NCBI GenBank assembly: GCA_964594835.1
Contig: CAZQNA010000007.1
Location: 52,058-116,057 of the forward strand
Direction of reading: 5' to 3'
Length of the DNA stretch: 64,000 nucleotides
Source: an uncultured Nitrososphaerota archaeon
Lineage (GTDB): Archaea; Korarchaeota; Korarchaeia; Korarchaeales; Korarchaeaceae
In this document: positions 29,175-40,857 of the stretch, piece after piece
Layout of the letters: each line of letters begins with the position of its first letter
How positions within the stretch are numbered: the stretch's first letter is position 1
The notes under the pieces: generated by a model
Databases searched by the model: none
What the model was told of the DNA's origin: nothing
Seen by the model: the letters and a program-made list of their open reading frames with translations, nothing else
Made by a program: the position numbers and the translations under genes

Positions 29175-30533
29175 TCACTCCAGCATCTCCTTCTCGTACC
29201 TCTTCAGGTGCTCGACGGCCTCCCTGAGGTCGCTGAACCTCTCTGACACCTCCCTGACGTCCTCCTCGGTGACGGACTCCCTTCCCACGGCCCTGGCCCT
29301 AACCCCGGCTATGCTGAGTATCTGGACCGCGTACCTCAGGGACTTCTCGGCTCCCAGCTCCCTCAGCAGCTTGAGGGCGCCGTCCTCCACCTTCACCCTC
29401 TCCTCCTTGGCCCTTATCCTGAGGATCTCCTCGATCTCCTCCGGCGAGTACTTGCTCGTGGTTATCACGACGAGCCTGTCGAGCAGGTCGAGGGGCATGC
29501 CGAAGGGGGCGGTGAGGTCGGTCCCCCTGATCTTGGTGACGCCCCTGTTGGTGGCCATCACGATGATGGGGACGAGTTCGCCCTCCATGGCCCTGCTCAG
29601 GAAGCTGAGGGCCTCAATGTCCATCAGGTGGGCGTCGTCGATGAACAGCACGCCCGGGACTATCTCGCCCCTGCCCTCGTTGACCCACTCCATCACCTGC
29701 TGGTCCACGGCCGCCCTGACCTCCGGGTCTATCTCCTTCTCCTCGGCCGCGCCGAACAGCAGGCTGAAGATAGAGCCCCCGCCCCTCCTCCTGGCCATGA
29801 GCCTGTCCAGGTCGTCCAGCGTCATGGTGTAGACGAACTCCTTCTCCTTCAGCACGGGCCCAGTGGGCCTTCCAACGGTCCTCACCGCGTCCACGTCGTA
29901 GCCCCCCCTGCCCTCCGCCCTTCCTATCTTGGAGACCCTGCCGGACTCCGCGTCGATCATGATCACGTCGCCCTCCTCGACCCCCATCTCCACCAGCTGC
30001 TGGGCGACGTTCGGACCGACCTTGAGGGTCTTCTCCTCCTCGTCGGTCTTCAGTGACACCACCGCGCTCTGCGGGACCTTGACGAACGGGTTGAAGGGGC
30101 TCGAGCCCATCTTGACGTCAAGGCTCGCTACCTCGCCCTCGTAGACCCTCCTGACGTCCTTGAGCCTGACGCCTATCGCCTTGCGCATCGCCTCCATGAG
30201 CACCTCGGTCTTCTTCCTCTCGGCGCTGTAGATCTCAGACCCGCTCATCTGGATGAACGGAACGTCCTCGCCGAGTTCTCTCGCAATCCCGAGGGCTATC
30301 GCCGTCTTCCCCGTCCCCGGCGGCCCGGCCAGCAGTACGGCCTTCCCGCTGAGCTTTCCCTCCCTGGCCATCTGGACCACAAGCCCCGCGGCCTCCCTGG
30401 CCCTGAGCTGGCCGACGAGACCGTCGGCGACGCGAAGGGCCTTCATGTTCTCGTCCAGGCCGAGCCCCTTGACGTGGCTGTGGGCGCCCACCCTCTCAAC
30501 CCTACGCGGCCCTATCTCCTCTATCTCGGGCAA
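29175..30533 (-). CDS. TIP49/RuvB-like (Rvb1/2) AAA+ ATPase
   Basis: [56 protein letters not shown]; start probably TTG 30533. Confidence 0.95.
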   Translation of the reverse strand: MPEIEEIGPRRVERVGAHSHVKGLGLDENMKALRVADGLVGQLRAREAAGLVVQMAREGKLSGKAVLLAGPPGTGKTAIALGIARELGEDVPFIQMSGSEIYSAERKKTEVLMEAMRKAIGVRLKDVRRVYEGEVASLDVKMGSSPFNPFVKVPQSAVVSLKTDEEEKTLKVGPNVAQQLVEMGVEEGDVIMIDAESGRVSKIGRAEGRGGYDVDAVRTVGRPTGPVLKEKEFVYTMTLDDLDRLMARRRGGGSIFSLLFGAAEEKEIDPEVRAAVDQQVMEWVNEGRGEIVPGVLFIDDAHLMDIEALSFLSRAMEGELVPIIVMATNRGVTKIRGTDLTAPFGMPLDLLDRLVVITTSKYSPEEIEEILRIRAKEERVKVEDGALKLLRELGAEKSLRYAVQILSIAGVRARAVGRESVTEEDVREVSERFSDLREAVEHLKRYEKEMLE

Positions 30534-30580
30534 GGGCTCACCCCCCGACTGCCGGGGGTCGCCCGTCAAAAAGATTGACC

Positions 30581-32416
<1,836 letters not shown>

Positions 32417-32595
32417 CTTGGTCGCACCCCCCGGGCCGGCGGCCCCCTCGAATCAGCGGTCGCGCGCATGCTATCGGCAGCGGTCACCTGCCGCCGAGCC
32501 ATAAAAAGGGCCCCCGTTGAAACGGTGCGAACGGGCGCAATGACCGCGCCGGCGATCCACACTCCGTTATATCGTCCCCTCGTCAGCGCCGCTCG

Positions 32596-33477
32596 GTGGG
32601 ATGGGTGGCCGAAGGGGGGTTCGACCCCGTCGGGGCCTTGAGGGAGCTTGCCAGAGACAGCGAGTCGGGGGCCTCCGAGATCCTGCTGTCCGCCCTCGAC
32701 GTCCTCGTCAGGTCTGCTGAGCTCGGGATCCCAGAGGGGCCGGTCTTGGAGGGGGTGAGGCTGCTGGCCGAGGCTCACCCGGAGATGGTGCCTCTCCTCA
32801 ACCTCAGGGCGGCCCTCGAGGCCGCGGGCTGGCCGGCCTCTGCGACGGGCCTGAGGGCCCTCAGGGAGCACGCCCGCTCCGCGAGGGATGCGGCCGCCAG
32901 GGCCGCGGCGGATCTCCTAGAGGGTGCGGAGGTCGTCGTCACCCTGAGCTGGAGCTCGACCGTCTTCCGCGCCCTGAGGCTGGTCGCCTCCCGGGGCTCC
33001 CTTGGAGAGGTCACCGTGGCCCACAGCCTCCCCCTCGGGGAGGGGCTCGAGTCCGCCCGCAGGTTCGCGTCCCTGGGCGTGAGGGTGAGGCTGATCCCCG
33101 ACTCGGCGGTCCCGCTCATGGTGAGGGAGGCCGACGCCGCCCTGGTGGGCGCCGACGCCGTGCTCTCGGACGGGTCCCTCGTGAACAAGGTCGGGACCCT
33201 CTCCCTAGCCCTGGCCTGCGGCGAGTTCGGGGTCCCCATGCTGGTGGCCGCGGACCTGCTCAAGGTGGACGTGTGGGGAGGGTTTCGCGGTCTCCGGACG
33301 TCCTCCTGCGAGGGCCTGCCGGACCCGCCGGAGGGGGTCGAGCTGGAGTGCCCGGTCTTTGAAGAGGTCCCGGCCGACCTCGTCAGGACCTACGCGACCG
33401 AGGAGGGGCCGCTGACCCCGGGGGAGGTCGTCGACAGGGCTCGGGAGCTGTTCAGGGGGATCTTCGGGCGGGCCTGA
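32596..33477 (+). CDS. eIF-2B/IF-2B family protein (aIF-2B-like or sugar-phosphate isomerase)
   Basis: SGASE, TLSWSSTV, GADAV, NKVGT, FEEVP, TEEG motifs. Confidence 0.85.
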   Translation: MGWVAEGGFDPVGALRELARDSESGASEILLSALDVLVRSAELGIPEGPVLEGVRLLAEAHPEMVPLLNLRAALEAAGWPASATGLRALREHARSARDAAARAAADLLEGAEVVVTLSWSSTVFRALRLVASRGSLGEVTVAHSLPLGEGLESARRFASLGVRVRLIPDSAVPLMVREADAALVGADAVLSDGSLVNKVGTLSLALACGEFGVPMLVAADLLKVDVWGGFRGLRTSSCEGLPDPPEGVELECPVFEEVPADLVRTYATEEGPLTPGEVVDRARELFRGIFGRA

Positions 33478-33493
33478 GCCCGGGGACCCGCCT

Positions 33494-34483
33494 CTAGAAC
33501 CTCTCCTCCACGGCCCTCACGACCTCCTTTATCTCCCTGGGCGTGTACCTCCTCCCGAGGAGTCGGCAGAGGATCCTCTTGTGTATCGGGAGCCTTATCC
33601 TCCCGCCGCACGCGTAGGGGTGTCCTCCCCCGTCGGCCTCCTCGCATATCGGCCTGAGGTTCACGTCCTTCTCGGCCCCGGCGTACAGGGAGAACCTCCC
33701 GCAGGTGTATATGACGAGGGAGAAGGACACCCCGTGCTCGGCGGTCATCCTCTTGGCCACCGCCGAGCCGGGCCCGCCCCTGGGGCGGAGGTCTATGAGG
33801 GCGTACCTCCTCCCGGACCTAGTCACCCTGACCTCGGCCCTCGCCAGCGCCTCCTCCACCGCCCTCCTCTCTGCGTCAACGCTCTCCATCCCCCACCCCC
33901 TTATCTTCGGGTCCTCAAGCCTGCCCTCGAGCAGGCTCCTCAGGAGGTACTCCCGCCTCGCCCTCACCCTCGTGAGGGGCCTGTACATCCTGGCGAGCTC
34001 CGTCCTGTAGGCGGCCGTGTCGGCGTCGTCCGCGATCCTCACGAGCTCCCTGAGGTACCCGTCCCCGCCGAACTCCTCCAGGACCACCCTGGCCGCGCTC
34101 GGCGCCGACCTGACCACGACCCTCTCCGCGTACTTGGAGAGCCTCTCCACGCCGCCCTCCGGCCACTGGTGGTGGTCGATCCAGGTCACCCTCCACCCCG
34201 ACTCCCTCAGCCTCCTCAGCTCGCGCTCGAGTTCACTCAGCCTGTTCGCGTTGACCCCGATGTCGACGATCGTGATCTCCCCGCCCCCCGGCGGGATGGA
34301 CCTCAGGGTCCGGTGGATGCTCCTTGGCCCCGAGAACAGGAACGCGGGGTCGTCACCCATGGCTCGTGCGGCTATCACCGCGCTTATGACTCCATCGACA
34401 TCACCGTGAGCGATTATCAACCTCTTCGGCCTCCTCAGGCGCAATCTTAGGGCTGCTAGGGCGGATGAGACACCGCTCAGCAA
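33494..34483 (-). CDS. DHH/DHHA1 phosphoesterase
   Basis: HGDVDG, WIDHH, GGGHPYACG motifs. Confidence 0.88.
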   Translation of the reverse strand: MLSGVSSALAALRLRLRRPKRLIIAHGDVDGVISAVIAARAMGDDPAFLFSGPRSIHRTLRSIPPGGGEITIVDIGVNANRLSELERELRRLRESGWRVTWIDHHQWPEGGVERLSKYAERVVVRSAPSAARVVLEEFGGDGYLRELVRIADDADTAAYRTELARMYRPLTRVRARREYLLRSLLEGRLEDPKIRGWGMESVDAERRAVEEALARAEVRVTRSGRRYALIDLRPRGGPGSAVAKRMTAEHGVSFSLVIYTCGRFSLYAGAEKDVNLRPICEEADGGGHPYACGGRIRLPIHKRILCRLLGRRYTPREIKEVVRAVEERF

Positions 34484-34547
34484 AGTTAACTCCTCTCGCC
34501 CGCCGGGTCACACGCGGCATTAAACGCTGCCGCGGATGGTGTGAGGC

Positions 34548-35687
34548 TTGAACCCGGCCGCGTCACTCCTGGCGGCGGGCCTGGGGGCGGTCCACGGCTG
34601 GCTGGCCCTGAGGGCCGTGGCTGAGATGTCCAGGGTCCCCAGACTTCGGCCCAGACCCCCCGGTCGGGCGGAGAGGGTCTCGATAGTCGTGGCGGCCAGG
34701 AACGAGCGTGGGAGGGTTGGGAGGTGCGTGAGGTCCCTGCTCTCGCAGGGACACCGGGAGGTGGAGGTCATCCTCGTGGACGACGGCTCGACCGACGGCA
34801 CCGGGGCCGAGGCGCTGGGGGCGGCGGCCGGGGACCCCAGGTTCACGCTGGTCAGGGCCCCGCGGCCGCCCGAGGGGTGGCTGGGAAAGCCGTGGGCCTG
34901 CTGGATCGGTTTCTCCAGGAGCTCCGGTGAGATCCTCCTCTTCGTCGACGCGGACGTGGAGGTCGAGGACTGGGCGATCCCGGCCGTGGTGTCGGAGGTT
35001 CAGGGGGCCGACGCCGTGACGGTCTCCCCGACCTACGTCTGCTCGGGCCCGGCGGGCGCCGCGGAGCTGGCCGTCGCAGCCACGATAAGGATGTTCTTCC
35101 CGCAGTGGAGGATCGGGTCACCCGACGAGCGGTCTTGGGGATTTGGAGGGTTCTTCGCAGTCCGGCGGTCGGCGTACCTGGACGTGGGCGGCCACGAGGC
35201 GGTCAGGGGGTCCCCGGTGGAGGACAGGGACCTGGCCAGGCTTCTGGCCTCTCGGGGGCACCGCCTCAGGATTGTGAGGGGCTGCGGGGCCGTCAGGTCG
35301 ACCTGGGCCGCCTCCCTAGGAGAGGCGCTGGACTCCATAGCCAGGATATCCTCGAGGGACGCCCCCGTGACCCCCTGGAGGGCCGCGGCCGTCTGCGCCG
35401 CCCTGGGGATCCTGTACGCCGCCCCGCCCCTGGCTGCGCTGGCCGCCGCGGCGGGCCTGGTCCACCCTGTCGCTGCAGTCCTCGCGCTGGGCGCTGAGCT
35501 GATCCACGGGCTCACACCGGTCATCCTCGGGGAGGTCGAGACCGACCCGCTCTCAGCCGCCCTGTTCCCGCTCGGTGGGCTCGCGGTGGCCGCAGGCCTG
35601 TGGAGGGCCCACCTCTACAGGGCTGGGAGGCGGTGCCTCAGGTGGAGGGGGAGGGAGATCTGCCCCTCCTCCTCAGCAGGAGGATGA
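34548..35687 (+). CDS. Membrane glycosyltransferase family 2 (HpnB/CrtQ-like lipid glycosyltransferase)
   Basis: AARNE, DDGSTDGT, PEGWLGKPWAC, FVDAD, GGHEAVRG..VED; TM helices at both ends. Confidence 0.85.
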   Translation: MNPAASLLAAGLGAVHGWLALRAVAEMSRVPRLRPRPPGRAERVSIVVAARNERGRVGRCVRSLLSQGHREVEVILVDDGSTDGTGAEALGAAAGDPRFTLVRAPRPPEGWLGKPWACWIGFSRSSGEILLFVDADVEVEDWAIPAVVSEVQGADAVTVSPTYVCSGPAGAAELAVAATIRMFFPQWRIGSPDERSWGFGGFFAVRRSAYLDVGGHEAVRGSPVEDRDLARLLASRGHRLRIVRGCGAVRSTWAASLGEALDSIARISSRDAPVTPWRAAAVCAALGILYAAPPLAALAAAAGLVHPVAAVLALGAELIHGLTPVILGEVETDPLSAALFPLGGLAVAAGLWRAHLYRAGRRCLRWRGREICPSSSAGG

Positions 35688-38106
35688 CGGCCACCGCGAT
35701 CGCAAGGCCGCAGGCCGCGGCGGCCAGGGCCCACCCCGGGAGCGCCCTCCCCTCCCCCGTCGGTCCGGCCTCCGGGTACAGGATCTCGGCGTAGGGCTGG
35801 CAGCCGCCGGTGGAGACCAGGAGCAGCAGCTCCTCCCTCCCTCCCGGGACCACCAGGCTCGCCGACCCGGAGGCGTCTGTCGCGGCCTGGACTCCATCCA
35901 GGCTGACGACGGCGCCCGGCGCCGGGGAGCCGAGGCAGCTCACAGAGACCCTCAGCTCCTCGCCCGGCCTGACCGGCCCCCCGAGGGTGACCTCCGGGAC
36001 GGGCCTGTAGACCACCTTGATCACCCTCTCGACGCGCTCCCCGTCGGCCTCGGCCGCGACCGAGATCTCGTTCAAGCCCGGACTCAGGTCCACCCTGACC
36101 TTGAACATGCCCGTGGACGCCGGCTCCAACTCCCTCCCGTTGACGGAGACCCTGGCGTACGGCTGGGTCCTCCCAGTGACGACGAACTCTCCCTCGTGCG
36201 TTACCACGGCCCCGCCATCGGCGCCGGAGAGCTCCAGCACGAGCGGCCTGACGACCTCGTAGGAGACCTCCTCACCGCTCACCGTCACGAGGATGTAGTG
36301 GAAGAAGAGGGTGTCCGGCGGGTACTGGGGGTCGAGCTCGGCGCCCGCTCCGCCGGTGATGAAGGACCTGACGCCCCCCTCCTCGCCGGAGTGGAACATG
36401 TGCTCGTGCCCCTGGAAGACGCAGTCCACCCCGTGCTCCTCGAAGATCCTCTTCAGCCTCTCCTCCACGCCCGGGTCCTCCAGGCCGTGGGCGTACTTGT
36501 AGACGGGCTGGTGGATGAACACGAAGGTGTGCTCCGCGTCCGAGTGCTCCTCCAGGTCGCGCTCCAGCCACTGGATCTGCTCCTCGCTCAGCGTGTACCT
36601 GTGCCCCACGATGTTGGCGTTGAGCACCACGAAGTGGGAGTTGCCGTAGTCGAAGGAGTAGAAGAGCTTGCCGAAGAGGTGCAGGAAGTTCTCCTGCCCC
36701 TCCACGCCGATCGTGTCCTCGTGGTTGCCCATCGCTATGAAGAGGGGACCCCTGATGGCGCTCGTGACCCTGACGAAGTCGACGTACTCCCTGTACTCGC
36801 CGCTGTAGACCACGTCGCCCACGTTGAAGTAGAGGCTGGGACCCCTGCGGATCGCGTCTGCGAGGAGCTGGCCGTATATCTCGGGCTGCTCCCAGCCTCC
36901 AGACGGCCTGTTATCTCCGAGGACCACGAAGGAGAACTCCGTCACATTCTGATCCAGCCTCGTCCCGTTCTCCACGTTCCACACCCACACGGAAACCCGG
37001 GACTCCGCCACCCTGCCGCCCCGCTCGGCCGCCCTGAAGGTGATCGTGTGGAGGCCGTCCCAGGTCGTGTGGACCGTGTCCCACTCAGCCGCCCATCTGC
37101 CGCCTCCGAGGGGTGAGAACTCGATCAGGACTCCCCAGGACCGATCTCCCCAGTCCCCCTGCCCCGCGACCACGTAGTCCAGCCTCGCCTGGACCCACTC
37201 CAGCGGGGAATGGTTCCCCAGTACCTCCACCTCCAGCCTGACCTTCCCCGAGAGCGTCTGACCGTCGGAGAGGGAGGGCCTGACCACGAAGCCCCCTGGC
37301 TCGCCTACCGTGAACTCCGCCTCTAGCCCCGACTCCTCCCCGATGACGGCGGTCCTCGGGCCGGGGTAGGAGACCGTGTCGAGGAGCACCTCATACGTCC
37401 CGGCCGAGTCAGCCGACCAGGTCAGAGTGAAGGAGTCGCTGGCGAGGATCACCCAGTCCGCGTAGTTCACGGTCGTGACGTCGTTCGGGATGAGGAAGAG
37501 GGCGTAGGGCCTCTTCTCTCGCACCTGCGACGGATCGTAGGTTATCTCGACGACCTGGTACTGCTCAGAGGACACCTCGGCAGACCCAAGTTCGTTCGGG
37601 AGCGTGGCGTCTCTGAGGACGGCGGTGAAGTTCCCCCTCCCCCAGAGGATCAGCCTGCTGTGGGCCGCGAGCTCGGACGCCGGGATGCCGACCCTCACCC
37701 AGGAGTCCTGCACGGCCCCGGCCCGGAAGGTGAGGGCGGCCCGGCCCTCCGCCGCGTCTTCAGTCCGTCCGAAGAGACACTTCCTCCCCGTCCAGAGCCC
37801 GACCCCTCCCTCGAGGTCGTCTATCAGCTTGAACTCCTTCGGTTGAACCTTCGGGGTCAACTCCACCCCGCCCGGCCCTGCGACCAGCGCCGTGAGTGGG
37901 TCGAGCCTCTCCGCGGTCGACAGGGAAGCCTCGAGCGATCCTAGGTCAACCTCAACCTTCACTACCCCAGGCGAGGAGACCTGGACGGGTATCCAGTACC
38001 TCCTCCCCGGGGCGTCCAGACCCTCCGCGCCGACCGGTGGGAGGGTTGGGATCAGCAGGAGGATCAGAAGGGCGATCAAGACCCGCCTTCCCGACAAGCT
38101 CACCAC
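35638..38106 (-). CDS. Secreted, C-terminally anchored calcineurin-like metallophosphoesterase with beta-sandwich/Ig-like domains
   Basis: Signal peptide; GDNR, GDVV, GNHE, IHQP, GHEH; C-terminal TM followed by RRRGR. Confidence 0.85.
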   Translation of the reverse strand: MVSLSGRRVLIALLILLLIPTLPPVGAEGLDAPGRRYWIPVQVSSPGVVKVEVDLGSLEASLSTAERLDPLTALVAGPGGVELTPKVQPKEFKLIDDLEGGVGLWTGRKCLFGRTEDAAEGRAALTFRAGAVQDSWVRVGIPASELAAHSRLILWGRGNFTAVLRDATLPNELGSAEVSSEQYQVVEITYDPSQVREKRPYALFLIPNDVTTVNYADWVILASDSFTLTWSADSAGTYEVLLDTVSYPGPRTAVIGEESGLEAEFTVGEPGGFVVRPSLSDGQTLSGKVRLEVEVLGNHSPLEWVQARLDYVVAGQGDWGDRSWGVLIEFSPLGGGRWAAEWDTVHTTWDGLHTITFRAAERGGRVAESRVSVWVWNVENGTRLDQNVTEFSFVVLGDNRPSGGWEQPEIYGQLLADAIRRGPSLYFNVGDVVYSGEYREYVDFVRVTSAIRGPLFIAMGNHEDTIGVEGQENFLHLFGKLFYSFDYGNSHFVVLNANIVGHRYTLSEEQIQWLERDLEEHSDAEHTFVFIHQPVYKYAHGLEDPGVEERLKRIFEEHGVDCVFQGHEHMFHSGEEGGVRSFITGGAGAELDPQYPPDTLFFHYILVTVSGEEVSYEVVRPLVLELSGADGGAVVTHEGEFVVTGRTQPYARVSVNGRELEPASTGMFKVRVDLSPGLNEISVAAEADGERVERVIKVVYRPVPEVTLGGPVRPGEELRVSVSCLGSPAPGAVVSLDGVQAATDASGSASLVVPGGREELLLLVSTGGCQPYAEILYPEAGPTGEGRALPGWALAAAACGLAIAVAVILLLRRRGRSPSPST

Positions 38107-38148
38107 GGGCCGGGCGCCCAGGCCAGGCGTAAAAATGGTGGGGGCGGG

Positions 38149-39000
38149 TCACCCGCCCCCCCCGAGCCTCTCCAGCTCCTCCTCGTACTTGTCCCTGAGT
38201 TCCCGGTAGGTCCTCTCCGAGATCCTCCCCTCGCTTCTAGCCTTCTCAAGAGCTCTAAGCTTCTCCCTGATCTTCTCCACGTCCTCAGAGGGCCGAGCCC
38301 CCGTTGGAGCCTCTCGAACTGGCTCCGGCTCCGGGGGCGCGGCTGGAGCTGGGGATGGGGTCGTCCGCCCCCTGAGAGCCAGCGCCGCGGCAGCCACGGC
38401 CGCGGCGAGGGCCCCCACACCCACGGCGACCATGGGCACCCCTCCCTCTCCCTGCGACGGCTGGGTGGGCGGAGGAGTTGTAGTGGGGGGCTGGCTCGGC
38501 CTCTGAGTGGGCGTAGGACTCGGGGGATGAGTCGGCGTCGGACTCGGAGACGGGGTTGGAGATGGGCTCGGGGGCGGGGACCTTACCACCTCCACGCTCA
38601 CGACCTCCTCCTCCAGGACTTCTCCGCCGAGGATCAGCCTGATGGTCAGCTCTAGGGTCCCTACCTCCACCGGGACGACCATGAGGACGACTTCCCTTGA
38701 CCCGCCCGGGGGGACGCTCACCTCCTTGGACTTCAGCACTCCCCCGGTCTCGTGGACGAGCTGGAGGGTGTACCTCCTTGCCTCCTGGGTCGGGTTGCGA
38801 ACGGTAACGTTCAGCCTGAGGTACCTGTTCAGGAGGGCAACCTCGGGCACTGAGATGTTGAGCAGGTCTACCTGGGGCTTCTGCGCCTGACACACGGCTA
38901 GGTGGGGAGGGGCGGGCGGGAGGGAGATCAGAAGCGTGGACCAGAGGAGGGCCGCCAGGGCGGCCCTGAGGGAGTGGACGTCGATTCTCATGGGCACCAC
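38149..39000 (-). CDS. Surface protein: signal, Ig/CARDB-like domain, Pro/Thr linker, TM, cytoplasmic SHOCT-like helical hairpin
   Basis: VTVRN..Y; PSPTPSPSPTPT linker; TM; LEKARSEGRISERTYRELR. Confidence 0.7.
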   Translation of the reverse strand: MVPMRIDVHSLRAALAALLWSTLLISLPPAPPHLAVCQAQKPQVDLLNISVPEVALLNRYLRLNVTVRNPTQEARRYTLQLVHETGGVLKSKEVSVPPGGSREVVLMVVPVEVGTLELTIRLILGGEVLEEEVVSVEVVRSPPPSPSPTPSPSPTPTHPPSPTPTQRPSQPPTTTPPPTQPSQGEGGVPMVAVGVGALAAAVAAAALALRGRTTPSPAPAAPPEPEPVREAPTGARPSEDVEKIREKLRALEKARSEGRISERTYRELRDKYEEELERLGGGG

Positions 39001-39118
39001 ATCCGGGCCCGGATCTCCGGCGCAGGCTCGGGAGTCGCTAAAAAGTATCCGCGCCTCCCGCGACGCCCGGCCCGCTAACCGCGAAAATGTTTAACTGATG
39101 CTCCCGCCGAGAGGCGCG

Positions 39119-40012
39119 GTGGTCGGGCTGAATCCAGTCATCGTCGTCCACGGCGGGGCCTGGGCAATCCCGGACGACCTGGTTGAGGCCCACCGGGCGG
39201 GGGTCAGGAGGGCCGCCCTGGAGGGGTGGAAGGTCCTGAGCGGCGGCGGCTCCGCCCTCGACGCCGTCGAGGCCGCCGTGAGGGTGATGGAGGACGATCC
39301 GACGTTCGACGCCGGGGTCGGCTCCTTCCTGAATCAGGACGGGATGGTGGAGCTGGACGCGGCCATAATGGACGGCGGAGATCTCTCGGCGGGTGCGGTC
39401 GGATCGGTGAACAGGGTCAGGCACCCGATCAGCCTGGCCAGGGCGGTCATGGAGCACACGGAGCACGTCCTGATGATGGGCGAGGGGGCCCACAGGCTGG
39501 CCGAGAGGCTGGGCCTGGAGATGTGCGAGCCCTCCTTCTTCGTGACCGAGAGGGAGCTGGCCAGGTGGAGGGAGGCCAGGGAGAGGGGAATGTCCCCGAG
39601 GGAGGCCTTCTCCAAAGACTCGACGGTCGGAGCCGTCGCGGTGGACTCGGAGGGGAGGTTCGCGGCGGCCCTCTCCACGGGCGGCGTGCCAAACAAGCTC
39701 CCCGGGAGGGTGGGCGACGTCCCCCTCATAGGCTGCGGGCTCTACGCCGACGGGCTGAAGGGCGCCGTCGCATGCACGGGGCTCGGCGAGTCCATCATCA
39801 GGGTGGTGCTGGCCAAGTCCACCGTGGACCTGCTGGGGGCGGGCCTCTCGGCCCAGGCCGCGGCCCAGGCGGCCGTGGACCTCCTCAGGAGGGTCGACGG
39901 CTACGGCGGGGTCATCGTCCTGGACAGGTCGGGGAGGGTTGGCTACGCGTACAACACGCCCAGGATGGCCGTGGCCTACGTGAAGGAAGGAGAGGTGTGG
40001 GCCAGTGTCTAG
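39119..40012 (+). CDS. Isoaspartyl peptidase / plant-type L-asparaginase (Ntn hydrolase)
   Basis: VHGGA, EDDPTFDAG, ELDAAIMDG, TVGAVA, STGG, GRVGD. Confidence 0.93.
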   Translation: MVGLNPVIVVHGGAWAIPDDLVEAHRAGVRRAALEGWKVLSGGGSALDAVEAAVRVMEDDPTFDAGVGSFLNQDGMVELDAAIMDGGDLSAGAVGSVNRVRHPISLARAVMEHTEHVLMMGEGAHRLAERLGLEMCEPSFFVTERELARWREARERGMSPREAFSKDSTVGAVAVDSEGRFAAALSTGGVPNKLPGRVGDVPLIGCGLYADGLKGAVACTGLGESIIRVVLAKSTVDLLGAGLSAQAAAQAAVDLLRRVDGYGGVIVLDRSGRVGYAYNTPRMAVAYVKEGEVWASV

Positions 40013-40850
40013 GGCCGGCGTCGCCCTGCTGGCGATCCTGCTCGCGGGGTCGGCAGCGGCGGCGCTGGCTCTCCTCTGGAGAACTCCCTCCCCCTCGCCG
40101 TCCCAGGGCTACGCCCCCACACCGGCCCGGAGCGCCATCTCCCCGGTGGCAGGCCCGCCCGCCTCCCGGCCGGAGCCCGAGGACACCTTCTCTCTGGAGT
40201 ACCTGGACAGGTTCTTCGAGGAGCTCAGCGGAGACAGGTACCTGGTGGTGAACGTCAGGCAGTTCGTCGAGACGTTCTCTGACAGGCCCATACCGAGCGA
40301 CAGGGTGGTGGTGATCCTGAGGCACGACGTGGACCACGACCCCTGGACCATGCTGAGGATAGCTGAGCTGGAGAGGAGGCACAACCTGACCTCCTCCATC
40401 TACTTCAGGACCAGGGCCAACTACAACGTGCTCAGCGAGAACGTCTCCGCCATCGTCAGGCTCCTCTCCAGCTGGGGGTTCGACGTGGGCCTCCACTACG
40501 AGGACCTGTACGCCGCCGGGTACAACGCGACCTTAGCCGCCGAGTACTTCCGGCTGGACCTGGAGATAATGAGGTCCCTCGCCCCGGTCAGAACGGTGTG
40601 CGCCCACGGGAACAGGGCGGACATGCCTGTGGGAAACCACGAGATGTGGGAGCTCGCGAATCTCACGCTGGATCAGTTCGACCTGGAGGCGGAGTGCTAC
40701 CTAACCGCCCTCCCTATCGTGAGGAGCTACGAGCACTACTACTTCGCCGACAACATGGGGAAGCCCCAGCGCTGGATAGAGCAGGTGAGGAAGGCCGAGC
40801 CGGGCATGGTGGTCTACGTGCTCATCCACCCCTGCTACTACCACGGGTGA
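40005..40850 (+). CDS. Membrane-anchored polysaccharide-deacetylase-like protein
   Basis: N-terminal TM; LRHDVDH, GLHYE, AHGN, LIHP motifs. Confidence 0.65.
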   Translation: MSRAGVALLAILLAGSAAAALALLWRTPSPSPSQGYAPTPARSAISPVAGPPASRPEPEDTFSLEYLDRFFEELSGDRYLVVNVRQFVETFSDRPIPSDRVVVILRHDVDHDPWTMLRIAELERRHNLTSSIYFRTRANYNVLSENVSAIVRLLSSWGFDVGLHYEDLYAAGYNATLAAEYFRLDLEIMRSLAPVRTVCAHGNRADMPVGNHEMWELANLTLDQFDLEAECYLTALPIVRSYEHYYFADNMGKPQRWIEQVRKAEPGMVVYVLIHPCYYHG

Positions 40851-40857
40851 CCCGGCC

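Noticed and set aside
32417-32510. Possible glmS ribozyme or riboswitch (CGGCAG/CTGCCG hairpin)
   Set aside because: The leader is short, no conserved glmS ribozyme core is visible, and GC hairpins are expected by chance.
38461-38580. Short tandem repeats
   Set aside because: They encode the Pro/Ser/Thr linker; not CRISPR-like.
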